DNA of 64,000 nucleotides from Thermococcus sp. JdFR-02 (GTDB lineage Archaea; Methanobacteriota_B; Thermococci; Thermococcales; Thermococcaceae): NCBI GenBank assembly GCA_002009975.1, contig MTLP01000009.1, positions 32,001 to 96,000 of the forward strand, read 5' to 3'. Shown piece by piece: positions 62,124 to 64,000 of this stretch (position 1 is its first letter; each line of letters starts with the position of its first letter). The notes under the pieces were generated by a model. It saw only the letters and a program-made list of their open reading frames with translations, ran no database searches and was not told where the DNA came from. The position numbers and the translations under genes were made by a program.

Positions 62124-62726
62124 TCAAGCGCTTGGTTCAGCCAAAACCTTAATCTTTCTAACTTCTGCTCTCTTAAGTGGGTAGATTTTCTTTGCTTCTC
62201 TTGCTATCTCACTTGCAATTTTTCCAGTTACTGATTCTAATATGAACTGTGGAAATGTAAGCTCTTCTGCTTTCTTTAGGATGATGCTTTTCATAATTTC
62301 TCTAATTGCCCTCTCTTGGCTTGTTTGTATTCTTCTTGTTGCAATTACCATCCCCATAACTCTCAACTTATATCCATCCTTTGTTGTGACATTGAAGATA
62401 CCATCAATTCTTGTTGTTCTTCTTCTAACTAATGATCTGACGTATGACCTGGTTAACTTGTGCCCCTTGAACTTTGTGTAAGCGTTTTGTCCTTTAACAT
62501 CATAGATTTGGAAGTAGAGCTTTACGTGTCCCTTTGTAAAGTCTCCAGTTAGGTCTTTTAGTGTTGTCTCAATTACTCTCCCAACAACCTTATTTGGGTC
62601 ATCTGCAGGTGTTAATCCTATTTCTTGATTTCCGAAAAAGTCTGGAGCATAAACAATATACCATTGCTTAAACTTCCACTTATCCTTTGCAGCTGCAGCT
62701 CTTTGTCTTGGATTAGCTCTAGCCAT
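62124..62726 (-). CDS. rps3ae: 30S ribosomal protein S3Ae (eS1)
   Basis: [33 protein letters not shown]. Confidence 0.97.
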   Translation of the reverse strand: MARANPRQRAAAAKDKWKFKQWYIVYAPDFFGNQEIGLTPADDPNKVVGRVIETTLKDLTGDFTKGHVKLYFQIYDVKGQNAYTKFKGHKLTRSYVRSLVRRRTTRIDGIFNVTTKDGYKLRVMGMVIATRRIQTSQERAIREIMKSIILKKAEELTFPQFILESVTGKIASEIAREAKKIYPLKRAEVRKIKVLAEPSA

Positions 62727-62744
62727 CTTCACACCTCCAACTTT

Positions 62745-62993
62745 TCACTTTCGTGATATTACATCTTCAGCAATCTTGATTGAAAACACTAAATCATCTA
62801 AAGCCACTATAAGGCTTTCAATCTCACCGAGGTATTTAACTTTTGTTATTACCTTTCCATCTTTCGGATAGGTTTTAATCTTTAAATTTTTTGGAAGGTT
62901 TAAGTTATCAATCTCAACGGCATTGGCTACTGCCTTTGCGGTGTTTTCATCACCATATTCCCATATAAGCTTTGCTTTAGCTTTGATGTTCAT
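62745..62993 (-). CDS. KEOPS Pcc1-family subunit (probably the Pcc2 paralog)
   Basis: AVANAVEIDN...SLIVALDDLV..IKIAE; between GAN and rps3ae. Confidence 0.85.
   Translation of the reverse strand: MNIKAKAKLIWEYGDENTAKAVANAVEIDNLNLPKNLKIKTYPKDGKVITKVKYLGEIESLIVALDDLVFSIKIAEDVISRK
62973..62993. repeat. 21-bp direct repeat, copy A (first 7 codons of pcc)
   Basis: TGCTTTAGCTTTGATGTTCAT, identical to 63119-63139. Confidence 0.95.
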
Positions 62994-63118
62994 CTATTTT
63001 GCCCTCCGTTAGTAGTTGGATAACTTGAAATTTCTGCTCTTGACATGGCAAATTTTGCAGTGAATAGGGGTTTGTAGAACCCCTTATTTGCTTTTCCGCC
63101 AGCGCTTATAAAGGGCTG
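62994..63118. mobile_element. 125-bp structured non-autonomous insertion (MITE-like or integration remnant)
   Basis: Flanked by a perfect 21-bp duplication; GCCCT...AGGGC closing stem and internal hairpins. Confidence 0.65.
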
Positions 63119-63139
63119 TGCTTTAGCTTTGATGTTCAT
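63119..63139. repeat. 21-bp direct repeat, copy B (overlaps the GAN stop)
   Basis: TGCTTTAGCTTTGATGTTCAT, identical to 62973-62993. Confidence 0.95.
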
Positions 63140-64000
63140 TTACTTGTTCCTCCAATGCTTTGTTTATAAGCTCTGCAAATTCGCTTAGTTTATTCTTTGG
63201 AAATCTTATTCCTGCAGCTATTGCATGTCCTCCGCCTTCTCCCCCAATAACTCCTGCAACCCTCCTTAAAGCCTCTCCCAAGTGATAGCCTTTAGCCAAT
63301 GCCCTTTCTGTAGTTCTTCCAGAACCTTTAACTAAACTATCATCATCCTCGCTATCTGCTAAGATGATAACTGGCTTTTCTGGGTTTGCTAAGCGTGAAG
63401 AAATCGCTATGTTGGCTGCAATCCCAACCATTGTATCTTTGATGCTTTTACCGGCATAAAAGACATAAACATGCTCTTTTTCTATTACACTGTTCCAGTT
63501 TTGCAGTAAATACTTTCTTGCCTCAATTTGCTCCCTTTTATACTCATCGACTAATTCAGTGGCTCTTTTGAATGCATCTTCGTCTCCTAAGCAAATAGCA
63601 ACTCCCAGTGTTCCTGCATTCAAACGACCAGTTGCATTTAAAAGCGTTGCAAATTCCCTAGCTTCATGTCTTGGATCTCCTTCCTTATAGAGCTTTATTA
63701 AAACAACATCTCCGATTAGCCTGTCTATTGTTTCTTTACTTGCACCATGTTTTATGAGATGAATAACTATAGCATCGTTTAATCTCTTCTTTTCCTCCTC
63801 TCTAAGCTGCCAATAGTACATTTCAGGATCAAAGCCTTTTGATTTCAAAAACTCAATTGCTTTTCTTTCGTCTCCGGTTATTTCTGGAATCTCGGGATTT
63901 GTTGCATAAGTGAGCATTTGGTATAATTTCCTTGTCTCTCTCCCATAAAGCCTCAGCTCTTTTCTGATTTCAACTAGCTCTAACTTCTTTGCCTCTTCAA
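63123..64000 (-). CDS. RecJ/Cdc45-like DHH phosphoesterase (GAN, GINS-associated nuclease), 5'-truncated by the window edge
   Basis: [29 protein letters not shown]1 motif; synteny with pcc and rps3ae. Confidence 0.88.
   Translation of the reverse strand, partial: EEAKKLELVEIRKELRLYGRETRKLYQMLTYATNPEIPEITGDERKAIEFLKSKGFDPEMYYWQLREEEKKRLNDAIVIHLIKHGASKETIDRLIGDVVLIKLYKEGDPRHEAREFATLLNATGRLNAGTLGVAICLGDEDAFKRATELVDEYKREQIEARKYLLQNWNSVIEKEHVYVFYAGKSIKDTMVGIAANIAISSRLANPEKPVIILADSEDDDSLVKGSGRTTERALAKGYHLGEALRRVAGVIGGEGGGHAIAAGIRFPKNKLSEFAELINKALEEQVNEHQS

Overview
An AT-rich chromosomal segment from a Thermococcales archaeon. The assignment rests on the proteins, the BRE/TATA promoters, GGTGA/GGAGG RBSs, an S-layer gene, GatDE and box C/D sRNAs. 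The window opens with an oxidative-stress/iron cluster (NROR, rubrerythrin, rubredoxin, SOR, two DUF59 proteins, several ferritin-like proteins, AGOG, FprA) that has a KaiC-like signalling cassette embedded in it. Next come the rpl44e-rps27e-aIF2alpha-nop10-PAC2 operon and thiL. An accessory island (~16.2-22.9 kb) follows, with two secreted proteins sharing a 28/31-nt promoter, three paralogous small membrane proteins, an HTH regulator and an ABC exporter. The rest is mostly housekeeping: amrS, S-layer, rsmA-DUF655-rpo4-rpl21e-pus10, gatDE, a run of orphan membrane genes, hmgA, minD, tdh-pckG-kbl, tldD/pmbA, metG, two QueD paralogs, and rps3ae-pcc-GAN. Two genes below the ORF-track cutoff (nop10 and a 59-aa wHTH) and two box C/D sRNAs were read directly from the sequence. 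The most striking signals are (1) a 125-bp foldable insert flanked by a perfect 21-bp direct repeat at the GAN/pcc junction, (2) the candidate secreted-effector/immunity island, (3) a perfect TGM operator in front of a ferritin-like gene, and (4) a stand-alone encapsulin-cargo ferritin with no adjacent shell gene. No tRNA, rRNA, CRISPR array or transposase was seen. Product calls come from motif recognition by eye, with no database search, and start codons were adjusted by RBS position where noted.
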